DNA of 64,000 bases from assembly GCA_965153455.1 (NCBI GenBank), contig OZ234493.1:26526213-26590212 (forward strand), written 5' to 3'. Positions within the stretch are counted from its first letter, which is position 1; each line of letters starts with the position of its first letter. The notes below the pieces were generated by a model. It was not told the origin of the DNA and did no database searches. It saw nothing but the letters and a program-made list of their open reading frames with translations. This stretch comes from Sphagnum compactum (taxonomy: Eukaryota). This document shows positions 63,666 through 64,000 of the stretch, piece by piece. The position numbers and the translations under genes are program-made.

Positions 63666-64000
63666 TCTTATATATTAATTGCGTTAGTCTGTGCGTCTGT
63701 CTGTCTGACACGACAGTTCTGCTGCAGAATCGGCACCGGCAGAATCGGCACCGGCATTTTCTATGGCAGAACCGGAGGGCCAGCAGGGGGGGGGGCCAGC
63801 ACGGGCGCTATCAAACGCTCACTTTTCTCGCCAGCCTCAGATCCCGTGTTACCGGCGTCTAACTGAGCCCTTCATAGATGAATGAAAAAATTCCGAAAAC
63901 TAAAAAGTAAACTAACGGATGAACTCATCATCATCCATTGACTCACAAATAACTATTGAGTTCTTTTCATTTCATATCTTTTTCTAAGTTTTCTCTTTTA
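63666..64000 (+). mobile_element. 5' end of a second, related Helitron (probably runs off the window)
   Basis: A|TCTTATATATTAATTGCGTTAGTCTGTGCGTCTG closely parallels the 51166 terminus A|TCCTATATATTAATTCACTAAGTCTGTCAGTCTG. It is followed by a 15-bp tandem repeat (GCAGAATCGGCACCG x2) and an abrupt change in composition. Confidence 0.75.

Noticed and set aside
1..64000. Most 60-140 aa ORFs in the supplied track
   Set aside because: Low-complexity, overlapping or antisense frames with no recognisable motifs, many with non-ATG starts. Expected by chance in this DNA.

Overview
This is AT-rich, repeat-dense eukaryotic DNA from a land plant (TTTAGGG motifs, spliceosomal introns, a plant-type prohibitin relic). 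A moss or other bryophyte such as Sphagnum is my guess from the look of the repeats, not something the sequence proves. I found no intact host gene, rRNA, tRNA or CRISPR array. The main feature is an approximately 10.7 kb Helitron on the minus strand (about 40510-51166), inserted at an A|T site. It carries a GC-rich, 4-exon RepHel gene (HUH Rep plus PIF1-family helicase, about 1630 codons as reconstructed) inactivated by at least 8 in-frame stops and several indels. Its 2.35 kb third intron contains a nested LTR-like element with an antisense 131-codon orphan ORF that has one internal stop. The 5' end of a second, related Helitron starts at 63666 on the plus strand. Other features: a decayed prohibitin gene fragment followed by non-prohibitin pseudo-exons, four PIF/Harbinger-type MITEs with TAA/TTA target-site duplications, two fold-back hairpins, an approximately 210 bp tandem array, a decayed L1-type LINE, hAT relics, a possible Mutator-like relic and two related LTR-like relics. 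I cannot show a new biological system. The best leads are the compositionally alien Helitron and the orphan ORF nested in it.
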